Positions 9,738 through 16,871 of a stretch of DNA of 31,549 bases are shown here, piece by piece. This DNA comes from a virus. Its lineage: Duplodnaviria; Caudoviricetes. The stretch spans positions 1 to 31,549 of the IMG/VR virus record IMGVR_UViG_3300027581_000027. One strand, given 5' to 3'. Under the pieces are notes generated by a model. That model was not told the origin of the DNA. It did not search any database and saw only the letters and a program-made list of their open reading frames with translations. Position numbers and translations under genes: made by a program. Numbering within the stretch: position 1 is the first letter of the stretch; every line of letters begins with the position of its first letter.

Positions 9738-10046
9738 ATGCCTGTTAACCCTCCCACAGAGATAAACATCGGAGGGCGCACCATATCGATCCGTATCGAC
9801 CCGAAGCTGGAAGCGTGGGGTGAATATCACGGAGACGATGCTGAAATCGTTCTGGCAGCCCGGACGCTTGCCAAGCAATCCAGCCTGCGCGAGACGCTGC
9901 GCCATGAAATGCTGCACGCAGCGCTCGACATCTCCGGACTGTCCTACCTTGAGCGATTCGAGGAAGAAGCGGTCGTGCGGTGCATTGAGAACATCTTTCA
10001 TCCAGCTTGGGAAAAGGTTAGGAAACAACTGACGATTTTGCAATAA
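9738..10046 (+). CDS. Small zincin-like (HEXXH) protein
   Basis: ETLRHEMLHA...EEEAVV. Confidence 0.7.
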   Translation: MPVNPPTEINIGGRTISIRIDPKLEAWGEYHGDDAEIVLAARTLAKQSSLRETLRHEMLHAALDISGLSYLERFEEEAVVRCIENIFHPAWEKVRKQLTILQ

Positions 10047-10058
10047 CCCTCTAAAACT

Positions 10059-10784
10059 ATGGCATGGGAAAAATCAATCTTTCTTGCAGACACCCACGGC
10101 GACCTCGTCTGCCCGGATGCGGTGAAGGTAGTCAAACGGTTCATTGCCGATTGGCAACCAAAGCACCGCATCCACCTCGGTGATGTCTGGGACTTCCGCT
10201 CGCTTCGCAAAGGCGCCTCCCCCGAGGAGCGCATGGAGGGCATCTCCTACGATTACAGCTGCGGCATGGAGCTACTCGACTGGTATCGCCCAAACTTCCT
10301 GACCATGGGCAACCACGACCATCGGCTGTGGCGTGCCGCTACTGAATCGAGCAACGGCATCCTCGCCGACTTGTGCGCTCTCAAAGCGCAGGAGACTGAG
10401 GACGAGCTGCGGAAGATGAAAATCAAGTGGGTGCCGTGGAAAGTGACCGAGAGGCTCAAGATCGGCAAGCTGACGCTCATTCACGGCTTCCTTAGTTCGA
10501 TGCACCCGGCCAAGGCACACCATGAACGATTCGGGAGTGTAATTTTCGGCCACGTCCATTCGCCTAGCGATTACGAGGCCAGGCATATTGACAACGGCAG
10601 CGCACACGCCGTCGGCACGCTTGCGCAGATTGACAAAATGACTTACGCTGACGCTCACCCAGCCAAGCTCGGCTGGCGGCAAGGCTTCGCTTACGGGATG
10701 CACAACACGAAAACAGGAGACTTCAAAATATGGCAGGTAACAAAAAACGGATTGGACTGGATCAGCCCGATGGGCACACTTTAG
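10059..10784 (+). CDS. Calcineurin-like metallophosphoesterase
   Basis: DTH, GDVWD, GNHD, IHG, GHVH motifs. Confidence 0.9.
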   Translation: MAWEKSIFLADTHGDLVCPDAVKVVKRFIADWQPKHRIHLGDVWDFRSLRKGASPEERMEGISYDYSCGMELLDWYRPNFLTMGNHDHRLWRAATESSNGILADLCALKAQETEDELRKMKIKWVPWKVTERLKIGKLTLIHGFLSSMHPAKAHHERFGSVIFGHVHSPSDYEARHIDNGSAHAVGTLAQIDKMTYADAHPAKLGWRQGFAYGMHNTKTGDFKIWQVTKNGLDWISPMGTL

Positions 10785-11020
10785 GCAAGATTGACGACGT
10801 GCTGGCGTGGCTTGTCGAGGCCGAACAGGACAACTACGTCAAGCCGGATGAGTTCACCGTGGACATGGCCGCGAAAAAAATGGTCGCGGCTGGCCTACAA
10901 GTCAGTGACGCTGCACTTCGCTGCAAGTTAAGCAGGATGGCTAAAAGCGGGCAGCTGACCAGTCGGATGATCCGGCTGAATGGCAAGATCACTAGCGTTT
11001 ACAAGCGGGTCACAGGGTAG
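10730..11020 (+). CDS. Small winged-HTH-like protein (start uncertain)
   Basis: FTVDMAAKKM...LRCKLSRMAKSGQL pattern. Confidence 0.45.
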   Translation: MAGNKKRIGLDQPDGHTLGKIDDVLAWLVEAEQDNYVKPDEFTVDMAAKKMVAAGLQVSDAALRCKLSRMAKSGQLTSRMIRLNGKITSVYKRVTG

Positions 11021-11101
11021 TTGCGTGATTTTTTTTTGTCCGTTTTGCCCTAGTGGAATAAAGGATTTCTAGGAATGCGTAAAAATAAATGAAGAATTAT
11101 C

Positions 11102-11136
11102 TTTTCATCTCGTTCGGCATTGCCTAGTTTGTCCCT
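11102..11136 (+). promoter_or_regulatory. Putative early sigma70-type promoter with GGCATTGCC palindrome
   Basis: AT-rich upstream; TTTTCA(11102-7)-17 bp-TAGTTT(11125-30); GGCATTGCCTAG shared with 28444-28455. Confidence 0.5.
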
Positions 11137-11182
11137 GTTGCCAAGAGCAATGCCAACAACAATACCAACACCAATAACAACA

Positions 11183-11431
11183 ATGACAACGACCAATGCA
11201 GCAAAGAAACTCACAAAGGCAGGTTTTACCCTTAAGGAAACCCGCCCCGGATCATACCACGCATACAGCCCATCGACTGCATATGTGATTGAGTATTTCC
11301 GCAATGGAAGCAGCGACAGCATCACTTGCATCTGCGTCCGCCGTTTTGACGACAAGCACGACAGCCAGTCAGATTATTGTGCAGGGGTTTGGGCAGACAC
11401 AATCACCCGGGCAATCAAACTCACTGCCTAA
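11183..11431 (+). CDS. Early hypothetical protein
   Basis: A/C-rich leader then ATG; DSQSDYCAG motif. Confidence 0.55.
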   Translation: MTTTNAAKKLTKAGFTLKETRPGSYHAYSPSTAYVIEYFRNGSSDSITCICVRRFDDKHDSQSDYCAGVWADTITRAIKLTA

Positions 11432-11442
11432 CTACTCACCCC

Positions 11443-11463
11443 GCCGAGGTTCGATCCCTCGGC
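11443..11463 (+). repeat. T-arm-like hairpin, copy 1
   Basis: GCCGAGG-TTCGATC-CCTCGGC. Confidence 0.7.
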
Positions 11464-11503
11464 AATCCCAACCAACCAACCAAACAAAAACAAACCAAAC
11501 AAC

Positions 11504-11689
11504 ATGGAAACTACAGCACTAAAAATCGAATTGCAACAAACCGACACACGCAGGGTGTATGTTGCTTATTTCAACCGTGAACTCATTGGAGAGTTTCGCG
11601 GTTATGGCAAAACGGAGGATGAGCGCATTGACAGCGCGAGAGAGCAAGCTGTCATGGCCGCCCGCAAAGGACTGGTGTTCAAGCGGTAA
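11504..11689 (+). CDS. Early hypothetical protein
   Basis: 61 aa, A/C-rich leader, flanked by the two hairpin repeats. Confidence 0.6.
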   Translation: METTALKIELQQTDTRRVYVAYFNRELIGEFRGYGKTEDERIDSAREQAVMAARKGLVFKR

Positions 11690-11695
11690 AACACC

Positions 11696-11716
11696 GCCGA
11701 GGTTCGATCCCTCGGT
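11696..11716 (+). repeat. T-arm-like hairpin, copy 2
   Basis: GCCGAGG-TTCGATC-CCTCGGT. Confidence 0.7.
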
Positions 11717-11732
11717 CATCCCTACCCTACCC

Positions 11733-11840
11733 ATGAAACTAACTGACCCTCCGCTCTGGATCTCATTGCCGCTCTGCTGCATAATAGGTGCGTGCATCGT
11801 GCCTGCGCTCGTAATCCTCAAACACATCATCAACCCATGA
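11733..11840 (+). CDS. 35-aa single-TM peptide
   Basis: LWISLPLCCIIGACIVPALVIL; ATGA overlap with the next gene. Confidence 0.5.
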   Translation: MKLTDPPLWISLPLCCIIGACIVPALVILKHIINP

Positions 11841-12052
11841 TCACCACTGTTTACATAACTCGCGAGGTCGAGATCACCGTCGAGGCTCGCTTCATCCCCG
11901 CAGTAGATGCCACATACATGCAGCCGGAGGAACACGCTAACGTCGAAATCATTGGGGCACACGTTAACGGCGATGGAATCGAGTTAACCGAAGCCGAGAT
12001 CGACGAAGTGCGCGAGATGGTGCTGCAAGACCCGCCGCACCGCGATTACTAA
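11837..12052 (+). CDS. Small acidic hypothetical protein
   Basis: ATYMQPEEHANVEI...ELTEAEIDEV. Confidence 0.55.
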   Translation: MITTVYITREVEITVEARFIPAVDATYMQPEEHANVEIIGAHVNGDGIELTEAEIDEVREMVLQDPPHRDY

Positions 12053-12072
12053 CTCTCACCAAAAACAACAAA

Positions 12073-12288
12073 ATGAACACCGACAATAAACCGAAAACAG
12101 ACAACATCAGCGACGAAACCAGCGCAAAGCTGCTGCGGCTTCACATCGAGGATGCCAGCCGCCCTACTCGTCAATCGACCGGCACAGATACTGACTACCA
12201 GCGAGAAGATAATGGCACAGTGCGCAGTTTGCTCCTTGCTCTGCTGATCTTCGCCGCAACCGCAGTCATCATCTGGCTGACTAAATAA
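12073..12288 (+). CDS. Small protein with C-terminal TM helix
   Basis: LLLALLIFAATAVIIWL. Confidence 0.55.
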   Translation: MNTDNKPKTDNISDETSAKLLRLHIEDASRPTRQSTGTDTDYQREDNGTVRSLLLALLIFAATAVIIWLTK

Positions 12289-12324
12289 TCTCCCCCATAA
12301 CAACAAAACAACAAAACAACGACA

Positions 12325-13008
12325 ATGAAACTAAGCGAAAAACGTAATTCAAACTTCACCCCGCACCCTGAAACCGACGGCCCGATCAAGGCGGTGTTGG
12401 TCGATGTTACGGAGTTGAAAAAAAGGATGACCCAGTATGGAGAAAAAGACGAGTTTCGTCTCGTCTTTGAAACCGAGGTCGAAGACACCGAGAACGACCG
12501 CCGATTTTGCATCTGGAGCCGTGGCTACACGCCATCGCTCAACGAGAAGGCAGCCCTACGGAAAGACCTCAAAAAAATGATGGGACGCGAGCTCACCCAG
12601 CTGGAGCTTGACGAGTTCGATCTCGAGGGACTCATAGGGCATGGGGTCAAACTCATTATCCAGCATGAGCACAAGGATGATAAGACCTACGCGAACATCT
12701 CGTTCATCGCCCCCGACAAGGACAAGGCACTCAAGCCATCCGGCAAATACAAGCGCATCCGCGACCGCGACACCGACGCACCTACCGAGCAGACTGAGAC
12801 CAAGGCCGAAGCCTCCGGCTGGGAGTCGGTAGTTGTCCACATCGGCAAATACAAGGGCAACAAGCTCGGATCAGTCGATGAGGCAGGCGCGGCAAAACTC
12901 ATCGAAGGATGGCTGCCAAAAGCCAAAGCCGATGGCAAGGCAGAGGACGCGGCACTTGTGGCTGCGCTGACCGAACTGGCTGACATCCTCAACGGCGAAG
13001 ACTACTGA
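12325..13008 (+). CDS. Putative OB-fold ssDNA-binding/replication protein
   Basis: FTPHPE..AVLVDV..YTPSLNEKAALRKDL..TYANI pattern, acidic C-terminus. Confidence 0.55.
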   Translation: MKLSEKRNSNFTPHPETDGPIKAVLVDVTELKKRMTQYGEKDEFRLVFETEVEDTENDRRFCIWSRGYTPSLNEKAALRKDLKKMMGRELTQLELDEFDLEGLIGHGVKLIIQHEHKDDKTYANISFIAPDKDKALKPSGKYKRIRDRDTDAPTEQTETKAEASGWESVVVHIGKYKGNKLGSVDEAGAAKLIEGWLPKAKADGKAEDAALVAALTELADILNGEDY

Positions 13009-13035
13009 TTTCTGGGACAAGTGCTTGCATGGCAC

Positions 13036-13068
13036 GCCTCCTACTGCGAAAGCGGTAGGAGGTTTTCT
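13036..13068 (+). terminator. Intrinsic terminator-like hairpin
   Basis: GCCTCCTACTGC-GAAA-GCGGTAGGAGGT then TTTCT. Confidence 0.6.
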
Positions 13069-13088
13069 GGGCGAAACTACTAACCGCC

Positions 13089-13565
13089 ATGCCAACCATC
13101 GCCGAAATCATCGCCGCCAAGAAAGCCACAGCCGCTGCACAGCCACCGGCAGCCGCACCACCCGCTGCCCAGCACGACCTAGAGCTGGAGGCCGCCATCG
13201 ACCGCATCGACCCGCCAGCCGCGGGAAAGCGCCGGGCGGGGCTGGTGCTGAGCGCCAAAACCCCGCTGCAACCAGCAGAGGTGGCACAGAAGGCGCACCA
13301 CAAGGAGCTGCGCAGCCTTTCACAGCTGGAGGGGGAGGCAATCCCACTAACCCCGTGCAACGCCTCCAAGGAGGTCGAGACGTGGCACGAAGCGACGAAC
13401 GCATTCGAATCGCAGCTCTGCGTGATGCGCGATCCGCAGGATTCGGACGTGGTCTGGCTGGCGATCCGTGCAGACCGCGAAGGACTGCCGCCGATCCTCA
13501 TCCATCGCCTCCCCTGGACGCTTTGGGACTACCCCGGCAAGGTGACGGCCAACCAGCCGTTCTGA
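13089..13565 (+). CDS. Hypothetical protein
   Basis: 158 aa, phage-typical codon use. Confidence 0.6.
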   Translation: MPTIAEIIAAKKATAAAQPPAAAPPAAQHDLELEAAIDRIDPPAAGKRRAGLVLSAKTPLQPAEVAQKAHHKELRSLSQLEGEAIPLTPCNASKEVETWHEATNAFESQLCVMRDPQDSDVVWLAIRADREGLPPILIHRLPWTLWDYPGKVTANQPF

Positions 13566-13732
13566 GCATCCGGCAGGCGCTCATCGAGAAGGCCGCCAAA
13601 GCCCGCGAGCGCGTCACCCCGCCAAACCACTGCTCGACCTGCCATAAATATTATTGCCGCCTCCTGCTGACCGGCTGCTGCATCTGCACCGGCCACATCA
13701 GCCAAGACGCACCTAGACCATTCTCCAAATAA
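13562..13732 (+). CDS. Possible small Cys-rich Zn-finger protein (start unclear)
   Basis: CSTC..C..CCIC; fills the gap; CTGA overlap with the previous stop. Confidence 0.35.
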   Translation: MSIRQALIEKAAKARERVTPPNHCSTCHKYYCRLLLTGCCICTGHISQDAPRPFSK

Positions 13733-13737
13733 ACAAA

Positions 13738-13911
13738 ATGAAAATACGACTAGAAACAACTAATTCAGACCCGGAATACAGCCACGCCGTCGAGATCACG
13801 GTGGACAATGACCACCTAATTATCCATCAGGTATGGGAGGAGCTTATTGTACCTGCCCTGCTTGGGTATGGATTTTGCCAGGAATCAATCGACCAAATAA
13901 ACCAACCATGA
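13738..13911 (+). CDS. 57-aa hypothetical protein (below ORF-track cutoff)
   Basis: MKIRLETTNSDPEYSHAVEITVDNDHLIIHQVWEELIVPALLGYGF...; A-rich leader; ATGA overlap. Confidence 0.6.
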   Translation: MKIRLETTNSDPEYSHAVEITVDNDHLIIHQVWEELIVPALLGYGFCQESIDQINQP

Positions 13912-14612
13912 ACACCGAACTAATGCCGCTCATACTCGCAGGTGATGGCTACCAATTAACGATCTCCGACGAGGCGATTCAACGCAAAGCCGAGATGCTC
14001 TCGGCGTCATCCACGATCCAGATCGTCGGCGACAATGACGAATCTGCGGTGGCACAGCGACACACCCGCCAGCTCGCTGCCATGCGCATCGAGGTCGAGA
14101 AGAGCCGGAAACTGGTCAAAGAGCCTGTCAATCGCATCGGAAAAATGATCGACCAGGCCGCCTCTGAGTTCCTCGTCGAGATCGCCGCCGAGGAAGGCCG
14201 CATTAAGCAGCTTGTCGGCAAGCACGCCGAGGAGGTGCTACGGATCAAGGCAGAGAAGGAAGCCGCCGAGCGTGCCGCGTTTGAGGCAGCCCGTGCTGCC
14301 CGCGAGGCCGCTGAGGAGGGCGGGATCGCTGCCGTCATCGCTGCCAAGAAGGCCGCTGCCGAGAAGCTGGAGGCATCCGCCGAGGTCGCCACCACTAAGA
14401 TCGCCGAGGGCGTGCGGTTCGCGTGGGACTTCGAGGTGGTGGACTTGCACATGCTCGCTGAAAGAGAGCCAATGCTGGTCAAGATTGAACCACGTCGAGC
14501 TGAGATACTTGCAGAACTCAAGGACATGGAGGAGCACGGCTACAACGTCGAGTCACTTGCCGCAACCTTCGGCATCCGCGCATTCAAAAAACCAATCGTT
14601 TCCAGCCGATGA
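13908..14612 (+). CDS. Coiled-coil phage protein (DUF1351-like)
   Basis: IEVEKSRKLVKEPV helix, Ala/Glu/Lys-rich linker, WDFEVVD C-domain. Confidence 0.55.
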   Translation: MNTELMPLILAGDGYQLTISDEAIQRKAEMLSASSTIQIVGDNDESAVAQRHTRQLAAMRIEVEKSRKLVKEPVNRIGKMIDQAASEFLVEIAAEEGRIKQLVGKHAEEVLRIKAEKEAAERAAFEAARAAREAAEEGGIAAVIAAKKAAAEKLEASAEVATTKIAEGVRFAWDFEVVDLHMLAEREPMLVKIEPRRAEILAELKDMEEHGYNVESLAATFGIRAFKKPIVSSR

Positions 14613-15250
14613 ACACACCCCATTACACATGGGCCGAAAGCCCGATCCACGAACAAATCAGAACCATGAACACTGACACACCTGAGACGGATGCAGCTCT
14701 TTCAACTGCCGAATGCGAAAGTGAGGACGCGGCACATGTGGCTGCGCTGACCGCCGTCACCGAGCAGCTGGACAGCTACAAAGAGCGTTACACTAAACTG
14801 GCTGGCAAATATGCAGTTGAGATACATGAACTCACCGAGCAGCGGGACAGGGCGCTAGAAGATCGTAATAAATACATGAATCTGTATTACGATGAAATTC
14901 ATAGTATTGATCGTCAAGGTATCCGACCGCCCGTCATGAAAACTCACGAATTACAACAAAAGCCTTCGGGCGGTTCGGATAACCGCCTTGTTCGGCTTTC
15001 CGATTCCGTCCGCGCTCTGGACGGCGATCTAGGTAAGCGTGTCCGCGCTCTGGAAATCCAGCTTGAGGCGGCGAAAAACCGCCACTGCTTTTGTCCCGAC
15101 TGCCGAGACAAGGTGCGCGATGAAGAATGCCTTCGCTGTCAAGTCCAGCGACTCACGCGACGACTCCGTAAATATGAGCCGAACGATTTAGCGCAGACAC
15201 CGACGACGGGATCGAGCGCCGATACTCACATCAACCATCAATCAACCTGA
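14609..15250 (+). CDS. Apparent fusion: DTPETDA-type coiled-coil N-part plus cassette-1 ORF (internal start 14936, CxxC protein)
   Basis: ORF crosses attC-like site A; ATG 14936 lies in that site's loop. Confidence 0.55.
   Translation: MNTPHYTWAESPIHEQIRTMNTDTPETDAALSTAECESEDAAHVAALTAVTEQLDSYKERYTKLAGKYAVEIHELTEQRDRALEDRNKYMNLYYDEIHSIDRQGIRPPVMKTHELQQKPSGGSDNRLVRLSDSVRALDGDLGKRVRALEIQLEAAKNRHCFCPDCRDKVRDEECLRCQVQRLTRRLRKYEPNDLAQTPTTGSSADTHINHQST
14906..14996 (-). repeat. attC-like site A
   Basis: Minus strand GCCGAAC-AAGGC-GGTTATCC-GAACCGCCC...GGGCGGTC-GGATACC-TTGAC-G|ATCAAT. Confidence 0.75.
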
Positions 15251-15301
15251 AAACATTGAACTCGGAGCGGTCGTCGGTTGATCTGCCGCGCCTTGTTCGC
15301 C
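15178..15301 (-). repeat. attC-like site B
   Basis: Minus strand GGCGAAC-AAGGC-GCGGCAGA-TCAACCGACGAC...GTCGTCGGTG-TCTGCGC-TAAATC-G|TTCGGC. Confidence 0.8.
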
Positions 15302-15311
15302 TCTTAAAATT

Positions 15312-15587
15312 ATGGACGCACCACAAATGGACCCAGAAAGAACGAAGCAAGTAAAAGAATGGCTGAATGAGCTGCATGGAGCAGTCCAACAGTCATCCGA
15401 AACCTGCCGCCAACTCCGCGACAGGCTCTCGCCTGTTCTCAGGATGGAACCTGCCGAAACATGCGGTAAAGGAGTATGCCCGCAAGCCGACTTAGTGGAA
15501 GTTGCGGCGGCTATTCGAGAAGCCGTTGTAATGATTCAAGGAACGACGGAAAACCACCGCGAAATGATCCGTCTTCTCGAAGTTTGA
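15312..15587 (+). CDS. Cassette 2 ORF, helical hypothetical protein
   Basis: 91 aa between sites B and C. Confidence 0.65.
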   Translation: MDAPQMDPERTKQVKEWLNELHGAVQQSSETCRQLRDRLSPVLRMEPAETCGKGVCPQADLVEVAAAIREAVVMIQGTTENHREMIRLLEV

Positions 15588-15593
15588 AACATC

Positions 15594-15620
15594 GCCGGAG
15601 AGGTTCAATCCCTCTCTGGC
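15594..15620 (+). repeat. T-arm-like hairpin, copy 3
   Basis: GCCGGAGAGG-TTCAATC-CCTCTCTGGC. Confidence 0.65.
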
Positions 15621-15745
15621 TAACGCCACAGCGCAGACACCGCCGGACTCCGGCACGTAAAATCTATGAACCAAGAACCAAACCCCGAGGCGGCGGAAAC
15701 CGTCCAAACTACGAACGTTCCGGCGGTTGCTCCATCCCGCTCGCT
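15618..15745 (-). repeat. Degenerate attC-like site C
   Basis: Plus strand GGCTAAC-GCCACA-GCGCAGACACCGCCGGA...TCCGGCGGTTGCTCCATCCCG; GTT box absent. Confidence 0.55.
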
Positions 15746-15944
15746 GCCGAAATTCACATACGTAAACTGGCACAAGGCCGCGCCGAACTCCTCTCCGAAC
15801 TGCTGGAAGCGATGGTTTAGCATCAGGCGGTATTGGGGCGGGAAGCTGATCTACGTGGAAGTCCGGCACCACTCGTTCCAATTCGACTTCAGGCGGAACT
15901 GGCTCGCGGACTTTCTTGGCGAGAACAAGTCCTCCAATCCCTAA
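15666..15944 (+). CDS. Cassette 3 ORF, Trp/Arg-rich hypothetical protein
   Basis: ATG in loop of site C. Confidence 0.55.
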   Translation: MNQEPNPEAAETVQTTNVPAVAPSRSLPKFTYVNWHKAAPNSSPNCWKRWFSIRRYWGGKLIYVEVRHHSFQFDFRRNWLADFLGENKSSNP

Positions 15945-15957
15945 CCTCGAACGAACT

Positions 15958-16305
15958 ATGAACAACACACCAACACCGAGAAAAGGAGGGCGAATGAAAC
16001 GCAACTGGATAGCTTCTGGCTGGTTGCAGCTCCACGCCTTGTTCTGCTCTTTTAATTTTTGGGAAAAGATGGCGATCATATATGTGTTATTGATACCCCT
16101 CGCATCTCCGAAAAAGTGGTCGCTGATAACGGGTAAATTCCTGAGCCTATGGAAAGAATGTCCATTGGTATTCGGACTCCAGATGGCGGCATTGGTGATT
16201 CTGTCTCATGGACTACTAGCCAGTTATCGGGGACTTCGCGCGGATCGTTCAAATGGCGATACACAATCGGACAACGCCGCTCCGCTACCTCCCAAAACTC
16301 TCTAA
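15958..16305 (+). CDS. Cassette 4 ORF, membrane protein
   Basis: Two hydrophobic segments; reads through attC half-site D (GTTCTGC 16041-16047). Confidence 0.5.
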   Translation: MNNTPTPRKGGRMKRNWIASGWLQLHALFCSFNFWEKMAIIYVLLIPLASPKKWSLITGKFLSLWKECPLVFGLQMAALVILSHGLLASYRGLRADRSNGDTQSDNAAPLPPKTL

Positions 16306-16309
16306 TCAC

Positions 16310-16579
16310 ATGGAAACTTCGACACAAAACGCCCCGCCCGTTGACCTCGACCGACTTGTTCGACGTGGGCAGTTTTGCCCGAAGCAGCAGGAAATAAACC
16401 GACTACGCCGTGTGCTGCATGACATCGCAGACAGCCGCCCCGATCAACACATGGACATTGAGAAGACCCCAGAACTAACGGAGTGGATTTGCGAGACATG
16501 CCGCAAGGCCAGCGTGGGGGCATATCCTTATTCGTCGAACGCCGATGTGGAGTCACCGATGAGAAAGGAACGCCAATGA
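16310..16579 (+). CDS. Cassette 5 ORF, hypothetical protein (CETC)
   Basis: METST...VDLDRLVRR; bounded by GTTCGAC 16358-64 and GTCGAAC 16534-40. Confidence 0.6.
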   Translation: METSTQNAPPVDLDRLVRRGQFCPKQQEINRLRRVLHDIADSRPDQHMDIEKTPELTEWICETCRKASVGAYPYSSNADVESPMRKERQ

Positions 16580-16702
16580 ATACACCTTGTAGAACCGAAG
16601 ATGATTGTCCGACACCAACATGGTGCCGAGGCAAGGACAGATGCCCGAAACGGGACGCCAAAGAACCGCGCAAGATCGGTTGGCTGGCACGCCTTGTTCT
16701 CG
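16534..16702 (-). repeat. attC-like site F
   Basis: Minus strand CGAGAAC-AAGGC-GTGCCAGC-CAACCGAT...ATCGGTG-ACTCCAC-ATCGGC-G|TTCGAC. Confidence 0.65.
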
Positions 16703-16866
16703 GAAGCTGGCATTCAGTGTGGGCGTGTTACCACCTCGAAAGAGTAGGCGACCCCGCGACCTTCACTTGCTCCGATGGATCATGCCACCACGACAACCGC
16801 TACAAACACCACCGCCGCACCCTCAACAAGTTATCCGAGAACGCCTCTGTGGAGGCACGCCAATAA
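16576..16866 (+). CDS. Cassette 6 ORF, Cys/His-rich hypothetical protein
   Basis: ATG in loop of site F; ends ...SENASVEARQ across half-site 16836-16861. Confidence 0.55.
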   Translation: MNTPCRTEDDCPTPTWCRGKDRCPKRDAKEPRKIGWLARLVLGSWHSVWACYHLERVGDPATFTCSDGSCHHDNRYKHHRRTLNKLSENASVEARQ

Positions 16867-16871
16867 CGACT

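Larger units (their letters stand above)
14906..16866 (-). mobile_element. Array of integron-like gene cassettes with inverted attC-like sites, no integrase in window (CALIN-like)
   Basis: Recurrent GCCTT/GACTT-GTTC arms and GAAC-N6 arms; cassette-end 7-mers are complementary. Confidence 0.75.

Noticed and set aside
11436-11720. tRNA genes or attP at GGTTCGATCC motifs
   Set aside because: Only isolated T-arm hairpins; no D or anticodon arm, acceptor stem or CCA; no integrase
16269-16292. GGACAAC as the closing box of cassette 4
   Set aside because: Only 5/7 complementary to GTTCTGC, and the following bases do not pair with arm E; left unresolved
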